Of a stretch of 64,000 nt of DNA, positions 25,297 to 37,517 are shown one piece after another. How positions within the stretch are numbered: position 1 is the stretch's first letter; the number at the start of each line of letters is the position of its first letter. The notes under the pieces are model-generated. The model saw only the letters and a list, made by a program, of their open reading frames with translations, did not search any database and was not told the DNA's origin. The stretch lies in assembly GCA_965153285.1 (NCBI GenBank), contig OZ229114.1; one strand, 5' to 3'. The position numbers were made by a program, and so were the translations under genes. This stretch comes from Podarcis tiliguerta (taxonomy: Eukaryota).

Positions 25297-27124
25297 ACAA
25301 CTTTTTTCGGTTTGGTGCTCTCCTGCCAGAGTCGTTTCTCATTGGACCTTGAGAAAAGGGACCTGTCCTAGGTGAGGTTTAGGACTTCCTCGCTTAGCCT
25401 GAAGACTTACCTGTTGTTTCCTGATGCCAACCTCTCCCAAACTTTAAACTCTCATCCTTCTCTCCTATCCGTCTTCCCTTCCATCTCCACGGAACTGTGT
25501 TTGCTGGTACAACCCATTCTGGGATTTGTATACCAGGAAACAAACGAAATAACAGACACATCGAAAAATCACAGAAGATGTGAGGGCATGGATCAACAAT
25601 GCTGGTAGTGATTGGAATGGCATTGCTCCTAGAAACATGGAGTTGGGAGTTTGCAACACGGCTTCTTACCTGCAATAGTAAATTGTCCTACATCACTGAC
25701 CCAAGCAACCATAAGCAAGCAACCATAAGCCATGTTGTAGGGAGATGGGGGAAAGGAGGGAAATGTTATTTCAGGCTGGCTAAGAGAGTCACTTGTTAAG
25801 TAGTTAGTGGTGGAAAATCATGATAGGCAGCAGTTCTTTGAACAACTTATGATGGGAGTGCCAACTGCAAGAGCCATCTTCCTGCCTCACTAGCAGTGGT
25901 CACTTCTAGCGTTATATTTCCCTGCGCCTGCATGTGTTTTCAAAATGAATGCAGTGAAGCTACTTCAAAGTAGTTGTAACTCTTCAGTTGTAACTCTTCT
26001 CGTGTTGGAAAGGCCATCTTAACCCATTGTGAGACCTGTGTTTTCCAAAGTCCTTGCAACCCTCCTCCCTGTTCCACATCTCCTATTTGGAACAGACTTT
26101 TCCAACATTTCAGAGACACAGGTCCTTTGACCGCTCTCCTGTCCCTTCTCCATGCAAATTTAAAAAGTGAGGATGGAGTGGTAACTTCTGTCAGCAAACA
26201 GCCATAGCACAAACGTGCCTGGTTCTGTCTAGGCCTTTATTCTTCTTTTAAGCTTAAACACATTTGTTAGCAATTGCTAAACTGTTGGATCCCATAGGCA
26301 CAAACCTGTTGGAAGAGAAGAGACCAACTTCTCCAAAGCCTGGGCCTTTATTTCTTTAACCTTTATACGACAGGCCTACTCAAGGGAAGCCGTAAGGAGT
26401 TTTCCGTCAGGATAATTATTTGTGCTGCTTTAGAAGCCTATAACTTTGGGTGGCTGAGGGGGAAATGGGCCTCCACGCTTTTGTTCTGACAGCAGCCTCC
26501 TTGTGCCTTGGCTCTTATCCCGATAGCAGTTAACCACAGAGATGCAAACAGGCCACAGTGCTTGTTCTGTTGAGGGTGAGGACAGGAGGAGGTTAAGCAA
26601 TGGTTAATCTTGCCAATTGTCCTATCCTGTTGGCAAAAGACTAAAGGTCAGGCCAGTTCTGTCATGATACCATTGGGGAAGGCTCAGGTTTCTCACTCCT
26701 TTCCTCATCAGTAGGAGCAGCCAAAAAATACTTTTCAGGTCCAGCATCCTAGATCCTCCTTTTCCAAAAAAAAGAAGAAGAAAAAAAGAAAAAGCTGTCA
26801 TAGGTTACTAGAAACTCATAATGTTGGGGTTGAAAAATTGAGTACAAATCAGCTCTGTTGTATCTTCATTGCCAGCAGCCTGCTTTTTGTGAGTTGGGAC
26901 CCACAATAAAAACCCCTCTTTCCTTCAGGGTTACCTTCTCAGTTTGCGAGTTGCAGATTTCAACTTGCTCATTTTTTCTTTATTGAAAGGATGCTCATTT
27001 GGGACAGAGAAGAACAGCATGTAGCTTATAGTTGGTCTTAGCATTTGATGGTCAGTAGCTAATGGCAAGATTTTGTTTAAAAAAATATCAGCTGCAGTGA
27101 GAGCTAGCATGTCCTACAACAGTA

Positions 27125-27559
27125 CAGTGGTACCTCGGGTTAAGTACTTAATTCGTTCCAGAGGTCCGTTCTTAACCTAAAACTGTTCTTAACCTGAAGC
27201 ACCACTTTAGCTAATGGGGCCTCCCGCTGCCACCGGAGCACGATTTCTGTTCTCATCCTGAAGCAAAGTTCTTAACCCGAGGTAATATTTCTGGGTTAGT
27301 GGAGTCTGTAACCTGAAGCGTATATAACCTGAGGTATCACTATACAGTGGTACCTCTGGTTATGTACTTAATTCGTTCCGGAGGTTCGTTCTTAACCTGA
27401 AACTGTTTTTAACCTGAAGCAACACTTTAGCTAATGGGACCTCCCGCTGCCGCCACGCAATTTCTGTTCTCATCCTGAAGCAAAGTTCTTAACCCGAGGT
27501 ACTATTTCTGCGTCAGCGGAGTCTGTAACCTGAAGCATATGTAACCCGAGGTACCACTG
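27125..27559. mobile_element. Head-to-tail dimer of the Tigger-like MITE
   Basis: Copies at 27125-27342 and 27345-27559 separated by one TA, outer TA at both ends. Confidence 0.9.
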
Positions 27560-28157
27560 TAACACCAAGATGCACAGAGTCATGATCCACAGGGTTGTTT
27601 TTTGTTTTTGCTTGCCATGCAGTGAAACACTGGTGAAGAAAAGAGCGTACAGGGACACTGATTTCACTGAATAAGATAATCTGATTACTTGCAGGGCAAT
27701 CATATACACATGTCTACCCAAAATTAAGTCCCATTGAGTTCAGTGAGGCTTACTCCCAGGAAACCAGGCACAGGATTGCAGCCCTAATTCCCTTTGAAAT
27801 GCACACCCGCTGAGAAAAAAAATCAAAGAACCCCTCCCCTGCCCCCACCCACTACTTGTGCCGTAGCTGCTAGGAGCTGGTGCCTTGTTCCACTGAGCAA
27901 ATTGATGCAGAGCAATTGCCACTTTGCCCTTTCCTCTCCAGAAGATTACAGTGTGATCAGCCTGAACACAAAGGCACTGCAGTTTAGGCCTAACTGCTCT
28001 GTGAAGACGTGTTGACTTTGCGCTTGGATATGGAGGTAACATTTGGGTATATTTAGTTCTCTCTATGGTCCATTTAAAACTTGACTGTATACTCATTCTA
28101 AGGAAGGGCCACTTCTGATGCTGCAAGCTGCTTACAGGAAATTGCCTTTAGGAAGCA

Positions 28158-28379
28158 CAGTAAGTCTGCAACTTGTGTGCATTTAACTTGTGTGCATTCA
28201 GCTTTATGCGCTTGGCAATTAAAAACTCCCAAAAACATTTTAAAAGGGGACAGGCATCCAGGGGGAAAAACTTTCACAATCTCACTCACCATTGCATCCA
28301 ATGTGTTTTGATTATATGTGATTTTGGCTTTAGGCACGATCTCTGGAACGTAACTCCCATGTAAGTGGCAGACTTACTG
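28158..28379. mobile_element. Older Tigger-like MITE
   Basis: TIR cagtaagtctgcaacttg / taagtggcagacttactg (16/18), TA on the right side. Confidence 0.75.
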
Positions 28380-28588
28380 TACATCACATTTCAGGTATAT
28401 TCAGATCCCTTTAAAATCATGTTCATTATCCCATCATTCATTGGGATTTGATTTTCATGCAAAATATGAACATCAATATGTCATCCTATTCTGTCATGTT
28501 GTCTTCTATTATTTACGTATTGCATTTTTATCCCTGTTTTCAGCCAGGATTGGCTCCTGGAGTGACTTTGAAATAAAACGCCCATATA

Positions 28589-28740
28589 CCGTATTTTTCC
28601 ATGTATAAGACTAGGGTTTTTTTTTACCAAAAAAATAGGTTTAAAATTGGGGCTCGTCTTCTACACGGGTAGTGCTGACGGGTGTTTTCTTAATCTGGAG
28701 TTTCCATACATGGGGGTGTCTTATACACAGAAAAATATGG
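28589..28740. mobile_element. Short Tc2-like MITE
   Basis: TA-ccgtattttt..tgtataagac ... gtcttatacacagaaaaatatgg-TA. Confidence 0.8.
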
Positions 28741-30029
28741 TAGATACAATATATAGAGGTCTTTGGGGTGGGGTGGGGAAGTCTTTTTGCCCCTTGGCAG
28801 TCATTGATACAATGCAGGCTTTTCTTTCCAGAGACAGGGAGGGCAAAAAAATCAGCAGATAGATACAGGGGTTCGGTGATGGTACAGATGGCAAACAAAA
28901 AAAGCTGCTTTTCCCTTGGTCATCATTTTAAAGAGACGGAGGAAAAGGCTGGTCCAAAGGTTTGCATCCCTCTTTCCTGTGTGATATGCTGCTCAACATG
29001 CCTGAGACCACACATTTAACTGTTTAGTATGTTATTAAATGGAACAACATTGTGAAATGTGTTTCTATCTGCTTCTGATTATATCAGTAATCTAGAAGCA
29101 TTCTTCAGAGTATAGCCCTTTTAATATTCCTCCTGTGTTTCTCATAGGAGGAATGTTTTAAAGGCTTATCCTGTGAACACAGGTGGGTCAATTGTTCTGA
29201 AAGCACCGCTGCTCCCATTGGTAAATGGCACAGTGTCATTTGGATTCTTAGAGGCTGACCCCAGGGTGGCTTTGGAGTGCAAGCTAGATAGCCATTGGCT
29301 CCCTTCAGTTCTTAATCTGTGATTCTGGGAAGAGCAGCGGCTGTCCTGAAAACAAAACTACTTGTGTGAACTTAAAAGGTGGCCTTGTGTGTTATATAAA
29401 CAGGTGCCAGGCAACGATGCCTGTCCCTGCACCTTCCAAGGAGGAAGTGGTCTGCAACCATCACAAACTCTAAGCCAGAACAGTTTGGATTTACCCTCCT
29501 CCACCTGCCCCTCATAAACTTCCTGCTTCCTGCTTGTATTTTCAAGCGTGCTAATCTCTGCAGAGGTGTTCCTGTCAGCCATGCCCACAGCAAAAGTGCA
29601 CAGCACCCTGCGGATTAAGAACAATTCAAAGAATTACAAACCCAAGAGCAACAGGAAAGTAGCATGTTGCTTTCTCTTTTTAAGCACTTGCACCCGTTTA
29701 TGAAAGATACTCCTTACAGAGTTGTTTTAAGGATTATTGAGATAATGTATGTGAAGCTCTGTGAACACTCATAGGGTATTTTATCAAAGCATACGTATAA
29801 TTGTGCACTATTTTATTTAAAAGCATTTAAGCCTGGCTCCAGATTTTTGCTAGCTTCAGGTTGTTGGGAGTTTGATAAATATGCTGCAGCAGTGCACAGA
29901 AAGAGGCAGTCTGGGAAGTAGTTATTTAAAAAGAAGCAGCGAGTGAGGAGGAAAAAAAGGATACCATTTTGCAATATTACTTCCCTTGATCAGGAGCACT
30001 ATACTTTAGTTGATGCAGCTTAGAATAGT

Positions 30030-30140
30030 ATTAGGCTATTTTGCTGCTGCATCAACCTGTTGTCTCACGTTAAGCTGGTGATCCACCAAGACCCCTAGAT
30101 CCTTTTCACATGGCAAGGCAGGTGTCCCCCAATCTGCATG
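30030..30140 (-). mobile_element. CR1 ORF2 fragment
   Basis: CEKDLGVLVDHQLNVRQQVDAAAK is the CR1 post-RT motif. Confidence 0.8.
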
Positions 30141-30425
30141 GAGTTCTGCTGCCTGTTCCTTCTCACTCTTTTCCGAAAACCACCTGCAAAAAACCACCTC
30201 TTTTCCTGCGGTGACATCATGTAGCCCTGGCAACCTCCCCCTCCCAATCTTTCTGTCTCTGCTCACCACTTGGAGCTGGGCAGTACAATATTTGCATTGC
30301 CAATTGCACTTTATGGCCCAGTACACTTCTCTGTTTCTTAATGGTACCTCTATCAGCTGATCTCTTGAAAGGAAAAACCAGTGTAGCCTGTATGTTTATA
30401 CTGCACCTGGCATCATCCCTTAATA

Positions 30426-30794
30426 AAGGTAAAGGTAAAGGTAAAGGTACCCCTGCCCGTACAGGCCAGTCTTGACAGACTCTAGGGTTGTGCGCCCATC
30501 TCACTTAAGAGGCCAGGGGCCAGCGCTGTCCGGAGACACTTCCGGGTCACGTGGCCAGCGTGACATCGCTGCTCTGGCGAGCCAGAGCCGCACACGGAAA
30601 CGCCGTTTACCTTCCTGCTAGTAAGCGGTCCCTATTTATCTACTTGCACCCGGGAGTGCTTTCGAACTGCTAGGTTGGCAGGCGCTGGGACCGAGCGACG
30701 GGAGCGCACCCCGCCACGGGGATTCGAACCGCCGACCTTTCGATCAGCAAGCCCTAGGCACTGAGGATTTTACCCACAGTGCCACCCGCGTCCC
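30426..30794 (-). mobile_element. Sauria SINE, distinct subfamily
   Basis: (AAAGGT)4 tail, flanking direct repeat tcccttaata, CpG-rich body, 3' part differs from the other three copies. Confidence 0.9.
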
Positions 30795-31805
30795 TTAATA
30801 CTCCACTCTTATTGCCTGCTTCCTTAAACTGGGACAAAGCTTCAGTAGCAGTGTTGGCAGGGCAGAGGGAGAGTTCCCAGTCCTTGCAATCAAGTCCCTC
30901 CAAATGCTTAAAGATTCACCAGAACTGGTCTCTGCGTGCCATAAAGAGCACACCCACAGCTTTCTCAACACAGACTGGACAAGGAGCCTTCACTTTGGGA
31001 GTGTGCATTTTGTATTACAAATCTGGATTTCCTTTGTCCTCTCTTCTAGGATGGTGGTCTCCTGCTGTTTGGTGAAATGAGTCTTGGAACGGGTAGCAAC
31101 TGGGCAAAGCAGCAGAAATGCATTCATGTGTGTGGCCTTTTTATTACAGGTGAATGCTGTTTGTTCCTTTTTCACAGTCACTGGCTTCATATCCCTAAGC
31201 AAACAGGTATTTCAGCACGTCACGCCTCCACCTCTCTTGTCAACAAAAAGAGAACTCCTGGTCTTTAAGGAGCCCAGTTCCAGACTTAGTTATGCAGGCT
31301 TTCCATGAGGGTGGCTTCAAAAAGTCATGAGATTTTAAAGTAGAATAACAATTTACCTCTTGTATTCTGACATATGAGCCTGTTGAAGCACACTAGAATT
31401 ATTTCAAGTGCTCTCCAACTAGCATTGTCTCCTCTAAGGGGAATTAAGTGGGTAACATCCAGTAGCTATAACTCTTATAGGGCTAGGTAACTGCACCCAG
31501 AGATCAGGGTTCAAATCCCCACTGCCATGAAGCTCACAGGGTGACCTTGGGCAGCCACTGCCTCTCAGCCTAACCTACTTCACAGGGATTAAATCAGGGG
31601 AAGAGCCACAGTGGCCCCTGCTCTTCCTTTTGAGACCCTGGTGGTTCCCCTCTGTCTCCCCCTTAGCTAGCCTACTGCCCTCAGGAGTGGTGGAGGAAGC
31701 ATCTCCAGTGTTTGAAGTATGAACTGCCAGGACAGTCAGCTTTGGTACATGCAGTGCGGGAGCATCTTGTCCTTCACTTCAGCAGCAACATGTATTGTGC
31801 TGACC

Positions 31806-32241
31806 TCACTTGCTGGATCATCACCTTGTCGTGGTGAGTGGGCTTGCACGTTCCTATGACTCTTGTGAACGAAGCCTGTCAGGAATCTCGTACTCCCAGC
31901 AGGGTCACCCAAGGCAGTAAGGTCAAAGGGAAGGTGCTAGACAAAGAATGATCCAAGAAGTCCTCAACGGCAGAACAGGTGGATGATAAGAAGCAGTATG
32001 TTACAACGGCTGTGAAGGCAGATGAAGGCTGCAGCAGATAGGATCTACTGGTTCGTCATGACTACTCATGCCATCGGAACAGAGCCCTCCTGTGAAGACT
32101 GTGTGTTGATCAGCATGCACTGATCTACACACATAAAACAAATTCACGCACAGGCGTCTTCCCATCCCACGGACTCATTATTAAAACCGTGTTTATGGAA
32201 GACAATCTTACTCGGCTACGAGTGATCACCAAAGAAGAAGA
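31806..32241 (+). mobile_element. Non-autonomous bipartite RTE-clade retroelement (5' UTR fused to 3' tail)
   Basis: RTE-type 5' motif caccttgtcgtggtg..gggcttg...agggtcacccaaggc, 3' stem-loop actcg-gcta-cgagt, (GAA)n tail, 12-bp TSD attgtgctgacc. Confidence 0.75.
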
Positions 32242-32750
32242 ATTGTGCTGACCCTGTCTCTCTCACCATGAGGAAGCACAGGATTGCCATAGATTAAAGA
32301 TGGAATTTCAGTTCCAAAATGCATTTCTATCCCACCTTTTCCTCCAAGGGGCTCAAGGTGGCATACCCCCTTTTTTTTACCTTCACAACATCCCTGACAG
32401 CTATAATAGGTGGAAAGACTGTGATTGGCTGAAGGTCACCCAGTGATCTTTGTGGATGAGGCTCAGGGGTGCCAACTTGAATAAAATATGGGGGGGCAGG
32501 TAAGCCCCATCCCTCATAATTAATTTGAATGGCACACCATTTGAATGGCAATGCCCACCAACTTTGGTCCCCCCTGGCCCCCTCAAAATTTTATTGGCGC
32601 ACCCCGAAGCACTCTTGGCCCCTGGGGGTTGGCTCCTATGGGCTAAGTTGAGATTTGAACCTTGGTCTCTCTAGTCCTAGTTCAGGACTCCAGTCACTTC
32701 ACCACAGGACTCCAAGACTATCCACTCCTAGTCAGACCCTTCGGGGTTTT

Positions 32751-32751
<1 letters not shown>

Positions 32752-32796
<45 letters not shown>
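32752..32796. repeat. (CT)n microsatellite
   Basis: Direct observation. Confidence 0.95.
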
Positions 32797-32799
<3 letters not shown>

Positions 32800-35700
32800 G
32801 CCCCCCAGCATATTCAATAAAAATACCCCAAATCCTTGATAGTTCCTAGAGTGGCCAGAGGCAAAACAGGAGAGGCTGCTGCCCACTTAAGAGCTGTGGG
32901 AATTTCAGCAAGTGAATTTATTGCATTTCTACCATTGGCCATTTCAGAAACTGGATCTTTTCTCACGGGGTCATATGTATCTTTCTGATCTAGGGCAAAG
33001 GACAAGCTTCAAGCAAGCAAAGCAGCATCTTTGGTCTGGCAATCTTTGTTGAATCCCAGTGTTGGGGCTGTTTGTTTTTGCAAAACAATTCTGTTCCCCT
33101 GAGGCGTGAGCTGCTTGCTAAGGAATGTCCCTCTGGAAGGATAAAGCAGGAGTCCAGACTCCCAGGCGGCTGCTTCAGTCTACCCCAAGGCACCCTTAGC
33201 TCTTTAACAAGGAAGTTTCCTGTCAGAAATTCCTCATTCCCCAGGCTCCACTAGGGATAGCTTTAGCAGCCGGAAATGAGGTGCTACAAACCCTCTGAGG
33301 GTGTTTGATTTAGGAGAAGGGTGGGTCTGGTTCCTTTCACAGGAGGAGCGGAAAGGCCTAGCAAAGAAATCAGTAGCTCCTCCCTGAGTTTACATTACTA
33401 CAGCAAAGGAGCAATGTGGGAAAGCTCTATCCTCACAAAATAGTTTTTACGAATCCTTTTGCTAATGGAACAAAACTTTTGGTCTAATCAAGCCCTGCGC
33501 ACCATACTTCCGAAAACTACAATGGATGACATCAGTTTCAGAAAGATTACTCCAAGAAGTCCCTTCATTTTTGAATTTGTGACGTACAGTTTTATACAGA
33601 AACATATTGAGCTCTGACTCAAAACCCTCTTCTGACTCAAAACCCTCTCACCTTGCGCCAGTCACCCTGAGCAACTCATATTGCAAGATTGTGATGCTCA
33701 TACTGTATAGCTTTATCTGTAAGGAATGGCCCCCTCTGGGCCTGCTCCTCCCCCTTGGAAATCTACCCTTAACTGCCCAGTGGGAAGGATCCTGATGTGT
33801 TTTTAATTTGTGTATATTTTTATTGTGTTTTAAACATATGTTTATTGACTGTTACTTGCGAGCTGACTTGGTAGGATTTATATTCTGAACGATTGGGATA
33901 TAAAGAATTGCAATCCATAGTAAACAATAGATTCAAATCTCAGAGCGAACCTGTCCGGTATAGTAAAAACTGGGCCTGCATCACTCTCCTAACTTATTCA
34001 CTGTTGATGATATATTGAAGCGTACATCAACTTCTACTAGTTGCATAAAATGGAAGGTCCAGGGACAACATGTCAGCAGTCCATCTCACTTCTGTGTCAC
34101 AGCTGGAGATTGTTACTTAGGCTTTAAAATACAGGAAGGTTCCTGTAATGTTTGTTTATGTCTTTAGCTTATTATGCCTATTATAGGTAGGAACTGAAGT
34201 CTTTCTGAAACCCTCTGAGTTAGTGCTCTGACACAGCCTCACGCCCTGCCATGTCTGCTATTCAAGAGAGTGTCACTCAGACCATGGGGAGACTAACAAA
34301 CATATTGTGGCACAAGCTTTTGTGGGCCAGAACACACTTTAATGCTTGAGAACATTTGTGACAGGGCCCAAGAGGGGTTCGGTTGAGCAAATAGGACAGC
34401 AGATTCTGGTCATGTTTACTCCGAAAAAAATCCCACTTTATTTAATGAAACTTATTTCCAAATAAATGAGCATTGGATTACAGGCGTAGCTTTTCTTTTT
34501 TGCTCTGGAAACAGGCAGAGACAGCAGCAATTAAAGGAAATCAAAATATTATTTAACAAGCCTTGAGTACATGATAGTAAGAAACTGCTTTCCTTCTAAG
34601 AGGAGTTGGAGTTGGTAACAAAATACCAAATGTGTTACCCAACAACTCATACAGTATACCATTAAATACCTACTAAAGATAAGGTGAACAAGCAACAGCC
34701 AATTGTGTCAGTTAATAATTCAATAATCTAACTGTAAAGTTGATAAAGGAAATCAGTACTAATAGGCTTTCACTTTTAATTATGACTTCTAGTGCTTTTA
34801 TGTTATTCTGCTGTCTCCTTCAACTCATTGTTCCACCAAATGCTTCCCCACAGTGCCTGCAGTTTTCACTCAAGGAGCATTTCCACACAACACCCAGGCC
34901 TTGCTCAGCGTGGCTTCCTTTTTTTGGTTCTGCCTCTCAGCTCCTCTCAGTTGCTCTAAGCTTACCGCTAGCTGCCCTGCCTACATGCAGCCAAGGCTGG
35001 GATTCACCAAGGCACAATCCGTTATTATACGGCATGCCAGGTCAACCCAGGGTACTATATCACTCCAGCTGCAGCTTGTTGTAATCGTACAACCTTCACC
35101 AACCTGGTGCCCTCAGCTATTTTGGACTACAATTTTTAGTAGTAGTGGTGGTGGTGTTGCCACCTTTGTTCTGGCAAAATATAGGACAGGGAGGGGTGGG
35201 GTAGTTGGCGGCAATTTCCCCCCCATCTGGTGATGAAGTGACTTCAGACCAATCCATTGCAATCTATTGCAGCCTGACCAGATTGCCCTTCTGGAATTTG
35301 TAACACACAAACATGCGCATGAATTTTTAAATCTGTCTTCACTTGGCTACCCAGAGCTTAAATACATGACCTTTCACGGACATGCATTTGGTGAGGATGC
35401 CTAATTTGGCAGAGAAAGAGAAGACCTGAAATACAAGATATAACTGTATCAATACAGGACATAGCATTTTAAATTGAAATGCAGGATAATCCTGTATTAT
35501 ACAGGACAGGTGGCAAACCTAACTACAAGCCCCATCAGGCTCAGCTGAAATTGCCCCTCTGTCCCAAACAACATAGTTTCTCTGTCAGTCTTCACCATAG
35601 AAATGTTCCCTTTTGTTGTTGTTGTTGTTTTAAAAAAACACCTAATATTAGATAATGACTTTCTATGGGGTTCAGTCTCATCACCATCTTATTTGTATGC

Positions 35701-36683
35701 CATCTTTACGCAGAAAAGAATTGTATGAAGAGGTTTATGACAAAGAAAACAGGAATACATCTCAAAACCAACCAACAATTTCATAATACAGTCACAACAT
35801 AAATAGCCAATATAACACCATACCCAAAACCACATCAATTCAGTACTGTAAGTATAACAAGATTGCACTAATAACATTACACCTCCTGGCAATAGCTTTC
35901 TGGCATTGCCAAGAAAAATATTAACCAAATCACTGAACAGCAAAATCTATGCCATCTTCTTCAGCCATCTTCTTCAGTCACAAGGTAAGACGTTCCACTC
36001 TAAAGTATGGTTTATGTCCCATCATCCAGATTATGTACTTGTCTATGCAAACATGTTTACCAATAAAACCCCAGAAAATGTCAGCCACACAAAACTGATA
36101 AAATGGGAACTGAAATGTCAACAAGTGGTTCCTGAAGGTTCCTGAATGTTTGCTTAACATTTAAATCTCCATCTCTCTCCCCCCCCCCCCATTTCCCAGT
36201 AGCCTGAACAACTTACCATGATGAACCACTTTAATGAGAAGTAGTGTGCCACATGCCTAAGCCTTCTTCCATAGTTTGAAAAAAACTTTAAATCCTGCAT
36301 TCATAGCATTAGACTCTTGCATTCCATGCAAATATTCATCCTGAATAACTATTCCTTTCAGGGTTATTTTGTACAGTAATCACAATCACCAACTACACAA
36401 TCAGCAGACAACTTCGCTATAATGGGCTACCAATAACATTAGTGGCTTGAGAGGCTTTGGAAAGCAGCAGAAACATCTTGGTGCCTTACCGTATCCACGT
36501 CCCAGCATTCCAGGTGAGACGGCGCTTTCCTTCTGCAAGAGAACCTGGATAAAAAATGCAGCATGAAAAAAACAAGCTTCCTCCATTGTTTGTCTTTTCT
36601 GTTTTACTGTACAGCTTTTAATTGATGCTTATTGTTTTCGTAATACTATGTAAACTTGTGAGTTCTACCTGAAAAGTAGTATA

Positions 36684-36915
36684 CAGTGGTTCCTCGGGTT
36701 AAGAACTTACCGGTAATTCGTTCTGGAGGTCTGTTCTTAACCTGAAACTGTTCTTAACTTGAAGCACCACTTTAGCTAATGGGGCCTCCCGCTGCCGCCG
36801 CACCAACGGAGCACGATTTCTGTTCTCATCCTGAAGCAAAGTTCTTAACCCGAGGTACTATTTCTGGGTTAGTGGAGTCTGTAACCTGAAGCGTATGTAA
36901 CCCAAGGTACCACTG
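36684..36915. mobile_element. Tigger-like MITE, same family as 8427 and 27125, followed by (TA)n at about 36921-36961
   Basis: cagtggttcctcgggtta ... taacccaaggtaccactg with TA flanks. Confidence 0.9.
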
Positions 36916-36917
36916 TA

Positions 36918-36962
<45 letters not shown>

Positions 36963-37329
36963 CTGGATTAGACACTTTTTAATCCTTCCTTCAACAATGT
37001 TTTTATATTTTGTCATTTTCTTCAATTCTGCTACCATTTGCCTTTTCTCTTTGGATACTTTCCCATAAATCACAGATGTTTTGCAAACAAATATATTATA
37101 GGTCTCCAATTTGAAACTGGGAGCAGATGATTTCTATTAATTATAGGGGTGTGTCAAAATTTAAAAAGTATTGAAATTGTATTAATGAAAAGACAACTGA
37201 CCTTTGTGCCAAAAAGTGATATACAAATAAACAATGATGACAAGGGCTATACGTAGTTTCTGTCTGTTTATAAATAATTTATAGATGAAGGTGTACATAA
37301 ATTTACTTACATATTCTTAAATTATTACA

Positions 37330-37517
37330 TTTATAACCCACCTTTTTTCCAAGGAGCTGAAGGCGGTGGTGTACACCCTTCTTCCGCTCTCTTGTGAAGT
37401 AGGCTAGGCTGAGAGACAGAGCCTGGCCTAAGGTCACCCAGTGGTTTTCATGGATGAGTGGGGGTTTAAGCACTGGTCTCCCGGGTCTAAGATGACTACT
37501 ACCACACGCTGGCTCTC
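37330..37517 (-). mobile_element. Old Squam3/MIR-like SINE; similar copies at about 31455-31610 (+) and 32320-32720 (-)
   Basis: aggtcacccag core and ctaccacacgctggctctc head. Confidence 0.65.

Larger units (their letters stand above)
14008..25310 (+). other. LDB1: LDB1 gene (LIM domain-binding protein 1), exon 2 to 3' end
   Basis: Ten GT-AG exons join in frame into a protein nearly identical to vertebrate LDB1. Their sum is 1211 nt, 25 nt short of the 411-aa isoform, so the first coding exon (MSVGCACPG) lies upstream. The short isoform can start at ATG 14091 (MLDRDVG). Confidence 0.98.

Noticed and set aside
33612-33649. Short tandem duplication (tctgactcaaaaccctct x2); similar ones near 25702 and 59742
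   Set aside because: Ordinary slippage duplications with no sign of function
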